Source: an uncultured Spirochaetota bacterium
Lineage (GTDB): Bacteria > Spirochaetota > Spirochaetia > SZUA-6 > CAVTHK01
Length of the DNA: 64,000 bases
Reading direction: 5' to 3'
NCBI GenBank assembly: GCA_963734495.1
Contig: CAVTHK010000009.1
Location: forward strand, 256,001-320,000
A program made the position numbers and the translations under genes. Below are positions 10,141 to 20,424 of the stretch, piece after piece (position 1 is the first letter of the stretch; the number at the start of each line of letters is the position of its first letter). The notes beneath the pieces were generated by a model that was given only the letters and a program-made list of their open reading frames with translations, did no database searches and had not been told where the DNA came from.

Positions 10141-11508
10141 ATGAGCATCCGCGTCAGCCCGTGCGGTCATTTCTTCCAGAAGGCGGATGGTGAGCCTTTC
10201 TTCTACCTGGGCGACACGGTCTGGATGCTCTTCAACAAGCTCAAGGAAGAAGAAGCCCGCGAGCTCTTCGCGGACCGGAGCCGGAAGGGGTACACCGTGA
10301 TCCAGTCGGTGGTCTTCCGTGACCTGTTCACGCCGAACACGCCGAACGCCTACGGGGACACGCCCTTTGCCGACGAGAAGGACATGGTTGCGGTCAGGAT
10401 GAATCCCCGGTGGATCGCCCACGTCAGGAAGATCACCTCGATCGCCGCCGAGTACGGGCTGATCATGGGGATCCTGCCGACCTGGGGAGACAAGTGGAAC
10501 GAGGCCTCCAACTCCGCCGGTCCCGTCATCATGGACCAGGATTCGGCGCGGGCCTATGGACGCACCCTTTCGGACGAGCTGGCAGACCACGAGAACGTCA
10601 TCTGGATCCTCGGCGGCGACAGCCCGATCCTGAATCAGAAGCACGCCGACATCATCAGCGCGATGGCCGGCGGCATCCGCTCCGGCGGCAGCGCGGGCCG
10701 GCTGATGACCTTCCATCCCTCCGGCATGGGCTCGTCGGAGATCTTCCACGCCGCGCCGTGGCTCGACTTCAACGCGCTGCAGACCAGCCATCACAAGCCG
10801 AACATCCCGGGCTACTTCCACATCGAGCGGCTGTACTGGAACAGGCTGGCAAAGCCGTGCCTCGACATGGAGCCCAACTACGAGGCCAGCCCGATGTTCG
10901 TCATGCGGGGCACCGAGCCGCACCCGAACGTCGAGCCCCTCTTCAGCGCCTACGACGTGCGCAAGAGCCTGTACCGCACGGTCCTTGCGGGCGCCGCGGG
11001 CTTTACGTACGGCTGCGAGCCGATCCGTCAGCTCTATCGGCGCGGCGACCGGGTACACATCTTCAGCGACTACGCGATGCCGACATGGAGGGAGGCGCTC
11101 TCGTCTCCGGGCTCGTCCCAGCTTGGCTTTCTCGTCAAGCTCCTGACGGAGCGGAGCTATTTCACGCGCGTCCCGGCGCAGGAGCTGTTCCTGCCCCTGC
11201 GGCGCCATGGCGCGTGGGCCGACAGTATGGCCACGGGGATGAGCTTTGCGGGGCAGGAGAACACCGATCCGGTCTCCCATATACGGGTGGCGCGGTGCTC
11301 CAGGGGCACCTACCTTCTCGCGTACACGCCGGTGAGGCAGGTCGTGACGCTCGACACGTCGGGTCTGAACGGCAGCGCAGTCACGATCTCGCTCTACGAC
11401 CCGGAACGCTGCGAGCTGACCGATCGCTATGGCGGCCCGAACAAGGGGCGCTGCACCATCGTCCCTCAGCGGGACCTCGACACGCTGATCGTCGTCGACG
11501 CTCGTTAG
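10141..11508 (+). CDS. DUF4038 / GH140 (apiosidase-like) glycoside hydrolase
   Basis: DGEPFFYLGDTVW, GYTVIQ, LPTWG, NVIWILGGD, LMTFHP, WLDFN..QTSH, DMEPNYE, GFTYG. Confidence 0.8.
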   Translation: MSIRVSPCGHFFQKADGEPFFYLGDTVWMLFNKLKEEEARELFADRSRKGYTVIQSVVFRDLFTPNTPNAYGDTPFADEKDMVAVRMNPRWIAHVRKITSIAAEYGLIMGILPTWGDKWNEASNSAGPVIMDQDSARAYGRTLSDELADHENVIWILGGDSPILNQKHADIISAMAGGIRSGGSAGRLMTFHPSGMGSSEIFHAAPWLDFNALQTSHHKPNIPGYFHIERLYWNRLAKPCLDMEPNYEASPMFVMRGTEPHPNVEPLFSAYDVRKSLYRTVLAGAAGFTYGCEPIRQLYRRGDRVHIFSDYAMPTWREALSSPGSSQLGFLVKLLTERSYFTRVPAQELFLPLRRHGAWADSMATGMSFAGQENTDPVSHIRVARCSRGTYLLAYTPVRQVVTLDTSGLNGSAVTISLYDPERCELTDRYGGPNKGRCTIVPQRDLDTLIVVDAR

Positions 11509-11605
11509 CCGCCCGTCGGACTTTCGGCAAGCCGACCGCGGCCGTTCAAGCCGCGACGCCCCGGCCCACGCCGGGCCCATCGCGCCCCGGGCGCCCGAGG
11601 CCGCC

Positions 11606-12496
11606 CTATCCCTTGATCGAGCCGATCATCACGCCCTTGACGAAGAAGCGCTGCAGGAACGGGTACGCTGACAGGATCGGCAGAGTCGCGACCACGACAG
11701 TGGCGTACTTGATCGACTCGGCGATCGAAGCCTTGTCGGACATCTCCACGCTCGTGAGCATGTCATTCAGGGTGTTCGCGAGGACGATCTCGCGCAGCAC
11801 CAGCTGGAGCGGCCAGAGCGACCGCTCTTTGAGGTAGATCATGGCGGGGAACCAGGCGTTCCACTGCTCCACGCCGTAGAAGAGCACCATCACGGCGACT
11901 GCCGACAGGGAGACGGGAAGGGCGATCCTGAGGAGAACCACAAAGTCATTCGCGCCGTCGATGCGCGCCGATTCGAAGAGGCTTTCCGGGACGCTCTCGA
12001 AAGCCGTCTTCATGATGATCAGGTTGTAGGCGCTGACGGCCGTGGGAAAGATGAGCGCCCAGCGCGTGTTGGTGATGCCGAGCCCCTTGACGAGCAGGTA
12101 CAGCGGGATGAGCCCGCCGGAGAAGACCATGGTGAAGGTGATGAGAATCATGAGGGGCCGTCCGAAGAGCAGGTCCCTCCGCGACAGGGCGAAGGCGCCG
12201 AGCGTCGTGAGCCCCACGTTCAGCACGATCGTGAGCGCCACGTTGATGAGGGTGTTGGCGTAGCCGGTGGCAAAGATCCTGTTCTGGAAGACGGCGGTGT
12301 AGGCGGCCGTGGTGAAGCCGTAGGGTCGCAGCACGAGCCCGGTGTGGCTCATCAGGCGGTTCGAGTCGCTGACCGATGAGAAGATCACGTGCATCAGCGG
12401 GTAGAGCATGACGAACATCAGCAATACCATGAGGACGATGTTCACCCAGTCGAACACCCGCTCGGCCCGCGGGGCGCGGATGGCTGCGCGCGTCAC
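11606..12496 (-). CDS. Carbohydrate ABC permease (LplC/YtcP type), cassette 2
   Basis: FSGGLIPLY, PESLFESARIDGA, YPFLQRFFVKGVMIGSIKG; GTGA overlap with the upstream gene. Confidence 0.9.
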   Translation of the reverse strand: MTRAAIRAPRAERVFDWVNIVLMVLLMFVMLYPLMHVIFSSVSDSNRLMSHTGLVLRPYGFTTAAYTAVFQNRIFATGYANTLINVALTIVLNVGLTTLGAFALSRRDLLFGRPLMILITFTMVFSGGLIPLYLLVKGLGITNTRWALIFPTAVSAYNLIIMKTAFESVPESLFESARIDGANDFVVLLRIALPVSLSAVAVMVLFYGVEQWNAWFPAMIYLKERSLWPLQLVLREIVLANTLNDMLTSVEMSDKASIAESIKYATVVVATLPILSAYPFLQRFFVKGVMIGSIKG

Positions 12497-13386
12497 CACA
12501 GGCTCGTCTCCGAAACGGAGCGGCTCGCCTTGTTCATGACCATGATGATGACGAAGTTCACCAGTGAGTTGAACAGCCCGACGGCGGCGGCGTAGCTGTA
12601 GTTCGCCTCCTCGAGCCCCTTGCGGTAGACGAAGGTCGAGATGATGTCGGAGTGCTCGTAGATCGTCGGGTTGTAGAGGAGCAGGACCTTCTCCGAGCCG
12701 ACGCTCAGCATCCTGCCCGTCCGCAGGATCAGAAGGATGATGATCGTCGCGAGGATCCCCGGGATCGTGATGCTCCAGATCTGGCGCAGCCGGCCGGCGC
12801 CGTCGATCCGCGCCGCCTCGTAGAGCTGGGGGTCGATCGTCGTGAGCGCCGCCAGGTAGATGATGGTGCCCCAGCCGAGATGCTGCCAGATGTTCGATCC
12901 CACGTAGATCGGCATGAACCACTGCCCCTCGGCGAAGAAGTTGACGGCCTTCCCGCCCAGGGAGACGATCAGCGTGTTCACCAGCCCGTTCAGCGAGAAG
13001 AAGTCCTTGATCATCCCGCACACGACCACCAGGGATATGAAGTGCGGCAGATAGGTGATGCTCTGCACCATCCGCTTGAACGGGTTCCCCTTGAGCTCGT
13101 TGATGAGCACTGCGAGGATGATCGGCGCCGGGAATCCCCAGATGATGTCATTGATGCTGAGGAAGAAGGTGTTCCGGAGCAGCCGGACAAAGTAGTAGCT
13201 CTCGAAGAAACCCCTGATGTTCTCGACGCCGACCCAGCGGCTGCCCCAGATGCCGGTCCTGAAGGAGAAGTCCCGAAAGGCGATCTGCAGCCCGTACATG
13301 GGCTGGTAATGGAAGATCGCGAAGTACGCGACGACGGGGGCGAGCATCAGGTACAGCAGGGAGTTTTTCCTGAAGTCCCTGCGCAC
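12493..13386 (-). CDS. Carbohydrate ABC permease (LplB/YteP type), cassette 2; start uncertain (up to ~13470)
   Basis: PMYGLQIAF, TYLPHFIS, WQHLGWGTIIYLAAL, YEAARIDGA. Confidence 0.88.
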   Translation of the reverse strand: MRRDFRKNSLLYLMLAPVVAYFAIFHYQPMYGLQIAFRDFSFRTGIWGSRWVGVENIRGFFESYYFVRLLRNTFFLSINDIIWGFPAPIILAVLINELKGNPFKRMVQSITYLPHFISLVVVCGMIKDFFSLNGLVNTLIVSLGGKAVNFFAEGQWFMPIYVGSNIWQHLGWGTIIYLAALTTIDPQLYEAARIDGAGRLRQIWSITIPGILATIIILLILRTGRMLSVGSEKVLLLYNPTIYEHSDIISTFVYRKGLEEANYSYAAAVGLFNSLVNFVIIMVMNKASRSVSETSLW

Positions 13387-13472
13387 CCGCTCGCCGAACG
13401 GCAGCCCGCCGGCCCCCGCGCCGCGCTTCCCGTGAGCCGCGGCGGCCTCGGCGGCCGCCGCGGTCTTGACCG

Positions 13473-15157
13473 CTAGTCCTTGAGCCACTGCTGGTAGGCG
13501 TCGTTGTAGTACTCGACGAGCTTCTCGACCTTCAGGCTCTTGAGGGTCTGGGTGAACTTGTCGAAGTTCTCCAGGGGCTCCTTGCCCATGACGAACTTGT
13601 TGGTCATCTCCAGCATGTAGGTCCTGACCTCGGTCATGATCGCCGCGGCTTCGCGCGTCCGGTCGGCCGGCATGAAGACCGTCGGCATGATCATCGAGGT
13701 GTCGAACCTGGCCCAGATGGCGGAGGCCTGCGCCTGCTGGGGATAGGCGTTCTTGATCTGGACGTTCACGGGCGACAGGTCGAAGCCCGGCATCTGCACG
13801 ATCGTACCGCCCGCGTACTTGGCTGCGGCCTCCTCGAGCGTGAGGCCGTTGGGGTTCTTCATGATGAGGTCGGTAAAGATCCTCTTGCCGTCCTTGACCG
13901 TGTGCGCCTTGCCTTCGATGCCGTAGTTGAGCAGGTTCGCCCCTTCGTCGGTATAGTGGTAGTCCATCCACTTGGTCGTCTCGACCATGTACTTGTTGTT
14001 CTTCCCGACCGCGGCGCCGTGGGGCACGAGGGCCTTGTATGCGCCGACGTTGATGTACATCTTGCCGTCCGGCGCCTTCGGGATCCCCACCGGGATGAGA
14101 TCGTAGGTCGAGCCGGGCTTGCGCGCGCTCAGGTACTTGCCCAGACCGCCGGACAGCGCGCCGTAGTAGGCGCCGCCCCTGTCGCCGGTCATCTTGGCGT
14201 CCATCATCTTGGTGTCCTGGGAGGCGAACTCGGGGTCGAGCAGCCCTTCGGCATACCACCTGGCCAGCGTGGAGAGGAAGGCCTTGAAGTTGGGATGGAG
14301 GCCCGGGAACTTGACCGTGTTCCCGTCGAGATACAGCAGGTTGTTGTTGTAGACAAAGCCGAAGGCGCCCGCGAAGGGCAGGATGCTCCAGGAATCCGAG
14401 GTCAGGGGCAGCGAGACGAACGGGATCTCGTCGGCCTTGCCGTTCCCGTTGGGGTCCTTCTCCCTGAATGCCTTGAGAACGACGTACCACTCGTCGATCG
14501 TCGCGGGCGGCTTCAGGCCGAGCTTGTCGAGCCAGTCCTTGCGCAGGACGGGGCCGGAGTTCGCCCGGGTCCAGGGGTCGAGCCGGATCTCGGGGAACAT
14601 GTAGATGCGGCCGTCGTCCAGCGAAATCTCCTTGAGCAGCGGCCGGTTCTCCGTCAGGAGCTTCTTCAGGTTCGGCGCGAACTTCTCGATGTACCAGTTG
14701 AGCGGAAGGATCAGGCCGTCGTCCATGACCTTCTTGGCGCCGCCCGCCGCGTGGAGGTGGGCATCCCAGATCACGTCCTCCACTTCGCCGGTGGAGAACA
14801 TCAGGTTCATCTTCGCCTTGGGGTCGGTGTAGGACTCCTCCCTCCACTTGATGGCCACGTTCGTGCGCTTCTCGAGCTCCTGGAAGACGTCCATGTCGGC
14901 GTAGCCCTTCATCTTGGAGACCACGTACAGCTCCGGCATGGCGAAGTAGCTGATGGTGACCTTGTCCTTGCTGACGGGCAGCACCAGTGCCTCGGCCGTC
15001 GCCGAGGTCAGCTTCATGGCGGCCTCGGCGGCGTGGCCGGCTTGCGCGCGGTGCCAGCCTGGGTCGCCTCCTTGCCTCCTTCGGCAAATGCCTGCGTGGC
15101 CACCGCCAGCAGGGCAATCGCCAGAATCAGGCAGCAGAATTTCCCGACAGACTTCAT
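13473..15157 (-). CDS. Extracellular solute-binding protein (LplA/YtcQ type), cassette 2; frameshift near 15040
   Basis: Signal peptide MKSVGKFCCLILAIALLAVATQAFAEGGKE after GGAGG; LRKDWLDKLGL.PP.TIDEWY..LKAF...DPNGNGKADEIP, LLNYGIEG. Confidence 0.88.
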
Positions 15158-15186
15158 GCTTTGTTCCTCCTTTGAAAACTCCCGTG

Positions 15187-15215
15187 AGTATGATTCCGCC
15201 CGGTCCGAATGTCCA
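15187..15215 (-). promoter_or_regulatory. Putative internal promoter of cassette 2
   Basis: Minus strand TGGACA-17 bp-CATACT upstream of the SD and ATG 15157. Confidence 0.45.
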
Positions 15216-15221
15216 GACGCG

Positions 15222-15246
15222 CTCGAACGCCGCGATGACCGCGGCC
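15222..15246. repeat. 25-bp exact repeat, copy 2 (intergenic)
   Basis: Identical to 3216-3240. Confidence 0.85.
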
Positions 15247-15262
15247 ACGAAACGGGCCCGGG

Positions 15263-16147
15263 CTATCCCTTGACCGCGCCGATCATGATGCCTTTGACGA
15301 AGTAGCGCTGCACGAAGGGGTAGATGGCGAGGATGGGCACGGTCGCCACGATCGCGGTCGCGTACTTGATGGTCTCGCCCACCTGAATCTGCTCGCCCTG
15401 CGACACGTTGCCGCCCATCATGCCCGTCGTGTCGTTGAGGATCAGGATCTCGCGCAGGATCAGCTGCACCGGGAAGAGCCTGCGGTTGTTCAGGAAGATC
15501 ATGGCGTGGAACCAGGCGTTCCAGATGCCGACCGCGTAGAAGAGCGCGATGACCGAGACGACCGGGATCGCGAGCGGGACGATGATCCGCAGCATGATCG
15601 TGTAGTCGTTGGCCCCGTCGATCCTCGCCGATTCGTCGAGGCTGTCCGGGATGGTGCGGAAATACGACAGCGTCACGATGAGGTTGTACGTGCTGATCGC
15701 GTTGGGAAGGATCAGCGCGAAGCGGCTGTTGAGCAGCCCGAAGTCGCGCACGAGGAGGAACAGCGGGATGATTCCGCCGCTGAACCACATGGTGAAGACG
15801 ATGAAAAAGGTGATCGGCGCCCGCAGCAGCACGCCCTTGCGCGAAAGGCCGTAGGCGCCGCACACGGTCAGCGCCACGCTCAGGCTCGTCCCCGCGGTTA
15901 CGTAGATGATCGTGTTCATGTAGCTGGACAGCAGGACCGGGTTGTTGAAGACCATCCGGTAGGCCGCGGTCTCGAAGCCGAGCGTGCGCAGGAGCAGGCC
16001 GCGGTGCTTGAGCAGAAGGCCCGGGTCGCTGAAGGATGCGAACGCCACGTAGAGGAAGGGGTAGAGCGTCGCGAACGAGAGCGCGAGCATGGCGAGGACG
16101 TTCAGCGCGCCGAAGAGCCTCTCGCCTGTCGATCTCCTGTAGCTCAA
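15263..16147 (-). CDS. Carbohydrate ABC permease (LplC type), cassette 3
   Basis: FSGGIIP, PDSLDESARIDGAND, YPFVQRYFVKGIMIGAVKG. Confidence 0.92.
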   Translation of the reverse strand: MSYRRSTGERLFGALNVLAMLALSFATLYPFLYVAFASFSDPGLLLKHRGLLLRTLGFETAAYRMVFNNPVLLSSYMNTIIYVTAGTSLSVALTVCGAYGLSRKGVLLRAPITFFIVFTMWFSGGIIPLFLLVRDFGLLNSRFALILPNAISTYNLIVTLSYFRTIPDSLDESARIDGANDYTIMLRIIVPLAIPVVSVIALFYAVGIWNAWFHAMIFLNNRRLFPVQLILREILILNDTTGMMGGNVSQGEQIQVGETIKYATAIVATVPILAIYPFVQRYFVKGIMIGAVKG

Positions 16148-16163
16148 CCCCCCACCCTCCCCA

Positions 16164-17109
16164 TCACCACAGGCTGTTCTCGGTCGTCCTGCGGCTGATG
16201 GCGTTGGCGCTGATCACCAGGATGCACGCTATCGTCGAGTTGAAGAGGCCGACCGCCGCCGAGTAGGCGTACTGCGCCTCGAGGATGCCGCGCCGGTAGA
16301 CGAACGTGGAGATGATGTCGGCGGTGTCGTAGATGCGCGGGTTGTAAAGCAGCATCACCTTCTCGAAGCCGACGTTCATGAGGTTCCCGATGTTGAGGAT
16401 CAGGAGGATCATGATCGTCGGCAGCAGGCCCGGCAGGGTGATGTGCCAGGTCTGCTTCCACCGCCCCGCGCCGTCCATGCGGGCGGCTTCGTAGAGCTCC
16501 TCGCTGATGCCCGAGAGGGCGGCAAGGTAGATGATCGAGCCCCAGCCGACCTGCTGCCAGATCCCCGAAATCACGTAGATCCCGCGGAAGTACTCCGGCT
16601 TGAGCAGGAGGTTCCCGCTGTAGCCGAGCAGCGGCGCGAGCGCGGCTGAGATGAGGCCGTCCTCCTTGACGAAGTCCACGATGATGCCGCTCACGACGAC
16701 GATCGAGATGAAGTGCGGGATATAGGTGATCGTCTGCACGGTCCGCTTGAACGCGGCGTTGACGACCTCGTTCAGGAGCAGGGCGAGGATGATGGGCGCG
16801 GGGAACCCGAGCACGATGTTGTAGACGCTCAGCAGCACCGTGTTGCGCAGCAGCTGCACGAAATAGAAGCTGCCGAAGAACTCCTTGAAGTTGGTGAGCC
16901 CGATGAACGGGCTGCTCCAGATGCCGAGGGCGGGGCGGAAGTCCTTGAACGCGATGATCGCCCCGTACATCGGCATGTAGTGGAAGAGCAGGTAGTACAG
17001 GACCACCGGCGCGAGGATGACGTAGATGTTGACGTTGCGGCGCGAGATCGCGCCTGAGGAGGGTGAGGAACCCCTCCTTGCGCCGTGCCTCGCCCTGTCG
17101 CTCAGACAT
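16164..17109 (-). CDS. Carbohydrate ABC permease (LplB type), cassette 3; frameshift near 17050
   Basis: PMYGAIIAFKDF, TYIPHFIS, WQQVGWGSIIYLAAL, ELYEAARMDGA. Confidence 0.9.
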
Positions 17110-17195
17110 GTGCCGCCATGCCCTCGGGTGCAGAATCAGAGCGGGCCTGCCCGCGGCGGAACCGCAGGCAGGCCGCTCTGGAACCGTTCGAGCCG

Positions 17196-18832
17196 TCAGG
17201 GCCGCGCGTAGTACCTCTTGAGCTGCGCCCTCATGATCTCCTTGGCGCGATCGAGGTTCATCTTCTTGAGCGTCGCCTGGAAGTCGTCGAACTTGTCCAT
17301 CGGCTCCGCGCCCATGATGAACTTGACCATCATCTGGTCGGAGTAGGTGTTGATCTCGCTCATGAGCTTGGCGAACTCGCGGCTCTCGTCCGGGGTCGGG
17401 TAGACGGGCGGCAGCCACATCTCGTTGACGGTCTCCATCCAGAGGCCGCGGCCCTTGGGCCCGAGCTGCTCGGGGAGGCTGTCGCGCTGCTCGAGGAACT
17501 CGAGGCTCTTGATTCCGGCGGTGTCGCCGACGCGGGCGTAGACGCCGGTGGCCTGGTCGCGGGAGAGATCGGGGTTCTTCATGATGAGGTCCGAGTAGCG
17601 CGGATAGCCGTACTTCTCCAGACCGAACACAGGGTCCTTGTATCCCTGGACGCTCTTGTCCCAGTTGAACGTCTGCCCCTCGATGCCGAAGTTCGCGAGG
17701 ATGTAGCCGGCCTCGGAGTAGTCGTAGTTCAGCAGCCGGCATGCGGCCTCGACGTTCTTGGCCGCCGTCGTGATCGCGGCGCCGGAGCCGGTGAAGTCCG
17801 GGGTCATGTGGCCCAGCAGCGCCTTGTCGCCCTTCTTGAGCACCGGGTACCTCACGATGTTGATGAGGAAGTCCGGGTTCTTCGGCCGCGCGAGCCCCGT
17901 GTACCGGGTCACCTGGCCGCCCATGGCGCCTTCGAACAGGAGGACGCGGCCGTCGAGCACCTTCTCGTCGTACATCTTGGCGTTGTTGGCGGCGAACTCC
18001 GAGTCGAGCAGGCCATCCTTGAACCAGCGGTTCATCAGGACCAGGAAGTCCTTGAACTGCGGAGTCGACGGGCCGTAGACGGGCTCGTCCTTGATGTGGG
18101 TAAAGCGGGTCGAGATGCCCCAGGCGCCGATGATCTGCATGTCGGCCTGCAGCAGGTTCATCATGAAGCTGTACGGGATGAGGTCCTTGCCGCTGGAGCC
18201 CTTGAGCCCCGCTGCCTTGGCCGGCGCAGGAGCGCCTCCCACTCGTCGAGGGTCTCGAGGTTCCCCGGGAACTTGCTCACGTCGAAGCCCGGGATCTTGT
18301 TCAGAATATCCCGGCGGAGCATCGGTCCGTCGAAGTGGGCCAGGGCGGTGTCGGCGTATATCTGCGGGAACACGTACAGCGTCCCGTCGTCGAGCGTGGC
18401 CTGCCTCTTGGCAACCGGGAACTTGGCCAACGCCTTCTTGAAGTCCGGGGCCCACTTGTCGATCGGCTCGTTGAGCTTGATGATCACCTTGTCCGTGATG
18501 GACGCTGCCGGACCCCCGGGAACGGTCAGCCAGTTGTAGAAGATGATGTCCGGGAAGTTCCTGGAGGCCATCATCAGGTTGAACTGCTCCGCCTCGTTGC
18601 CCATCGCGGGTGTGAGGAAGTCGACCTGGACGTTGGTCCGCTTCTGCAGCTCGATCCAGCCGGGATGGTCCTTGAGCGAGGCCCACTTGCTGCCTGCGCG
18701 GGCGAGACCTGCCCAGTAGGTCACCTTGGCCGGCGCGCCCGTCACGGCCTTCGTCCCTTCGGTCTGCGGCGACGCGAATGCCAGCGACTCGAACAGAAGC
18801 GCCAGGCCGACGATCAGGATTGCTCTTTTCAC
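17196..18832 (-). CDS. Extracellular solute-binding protein (LplA type), cassette 3; frameshift near 18220
   Basis: Signal peptide VKRAILIVGLALLFESLAFASPQTEG; FNLMMASRNFPDI, MLRRDIL, NFGIEG, KFIMGAEPMDKFDDF. Confidence 0.88.
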
Positions 18833-18886
18833 TGCGTTCACCTCCTCGAGGGTTGTCGCCCGCGCGCGACTGCGTGGGGTCACTCT

Positions 18887-18932
18887 GCTCGCGGGCTCGC
18901 ACTACTATAGCAGACCCGCGAGCCCAAGTCAA
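18887..18932 (-). promoter_or_regulatory. Sigma70 promoter with an overlapping inverted repeat (candidate operator)
   Basis: TTGACT(18932-18927)-17 bp-TATAGT(18909-18904); GCTCGCGGG (18887-95) and CCCGCGAGC (18915-23) flank the -10. Confidence 0.65.
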
Positions 18933-19098
18933 GTTGAGTCGTGCCTCTGCGCGCCCCCCGCGGGCACTGGTGGGCCGCGGCCCTTGTGCAAAGCGGCGAG
19001 CATCGCCATTGTAACAGCGCGGCGGAACGGCACGGGGGTTCGCCGGCCGCCGTTCGCGCGACAAACGGCGCTCCATGCATCACAAAGGAGGCATCCGG

Positions 19099-20384
19099 GT
19101 GAAGAGCATCGGCAGGTACGAAGAGCCCGCCAGGGAGATCAACGTCTACGGCGAGTACGACGTCGTGGTGGTCGGAGGAGGCTGCGCGGGCTTCGCCGCG
19201 GCCGTTGCCGCGGCGCGGAACGGAGCGCGCACCCTCATCATCGAGCGCTTCCCGTTTTTCGGCGGGCACCGCGACGGCGAGCCTGATGGCCAACATCGTC
19301 GGCTTCCGCAACCAGGTGGAGCCGGACTACCTGCAGACGACAAAGGGAATCGGCGAGGAGCTGATGCTGCGGCTGCTCGCCGACGGGGCGGCAGTCAAGT
19401 CCCGCAACGCCTACCCGTCGCGGCAGCGCAGCGATACCAGGGGCGACCTCTCGTACAACTACGCGTACGACACCGAGAAGTTCAAGTTCGCGACCCTCAG
19501 GATGGTGCGCGAGGCCGGGGTGGACATCCTGTTCCACACGTACTTCGCTGCCGTGGTCAAGGACGGCGAAAGCGCGGCTGCGCGGCGTGATCGTCGAGAA
19601 CAAGTCCGGCCGCCAGGCGATCTGGGCGAAGATCGTCATCGACGCTTCCGGCGACGGCGACGTGGCATTCCAGGCAGGCGTGCCGTACTGGCACACGAAG
19701 AAGGACGAGGCGCCGCGCCTGCTCGACTGCCTCATGTACAAGATCGGCGGGCTTCCCGAGGGACACCACCGCGCCCGGATGCCTCTACGGCGACACGATG
19801 GTGGTGTGGGGCCCGAACCCCGGACCCGCCAACGCGGCCGACGCGGACGAGCTCACCGAGGAGGAGATCAAGGTGCGCCTGGCCGTCTACGACGACCTCG
19901 AGCAGAAGAAGAGCGAAGCATCCCGGATCTCGCCGGCGCCTACGTGCTCGACACCGGCACGCTGATCGGCGTCAGGCAGACGCGCTTCTTCGAGGGAGAG
20001 TACGTCCTCACGGGGGACGACGTGCTCGAGGGCCGCGAGTTCGAGGACTCGATCGCCATGGCCGCCAACCCGATCATCCACTACTACGGCTACCGCAGGT
20101 TCCTCGAGCACGAGGGGTACCAGATCCCGTACCGGGCGATCGTCCCGAAGAAGATGGACAACCTCTACGTCATCGGCCGCTGCATGTCGTCGGACCAGCG
20201 GGCCTACGAGTCGTGGCGCGCGATGGCGCACGTGTTCGCGATCGGCGAGGCCTCCGGCGTCGCCGCGGCCCTGTGCGTCAGGACGAAGCGGGACCCGCGC
20301 GGGCTCGACGTCCGGCTCCTGCAGAAGACCCTCGTGGAGCAGGGCTGCGAGATCGGGCAGGGAAAGAACAAGAAGAAGAAGTAG
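19099..20384 (+). CDS. FAD-dependent oxidoreductase (FAD_oxidored family), frameshifted
   Basis: YDVVVVGGGCAG, IDASGDGDVA, GVRQTR, YQIPYRAIVP, GRCMS, GEASGVAAA across three ORFs. Confidence 0.85.
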
Positions 20385-20424
20385 GCGGCGGCGGCCCGCG
20401 CCGGATATAATCAAAGGAGCCGCG

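Noticed and set aside
7822-11508. 1228-aa ORF as a GH-like/DUF4038 fusion
   Set aside because: Chimera caused by frameshifts; the GH-like C-terminus stops at 10123 in another frame and DUF4038 has its own ATG at 10141
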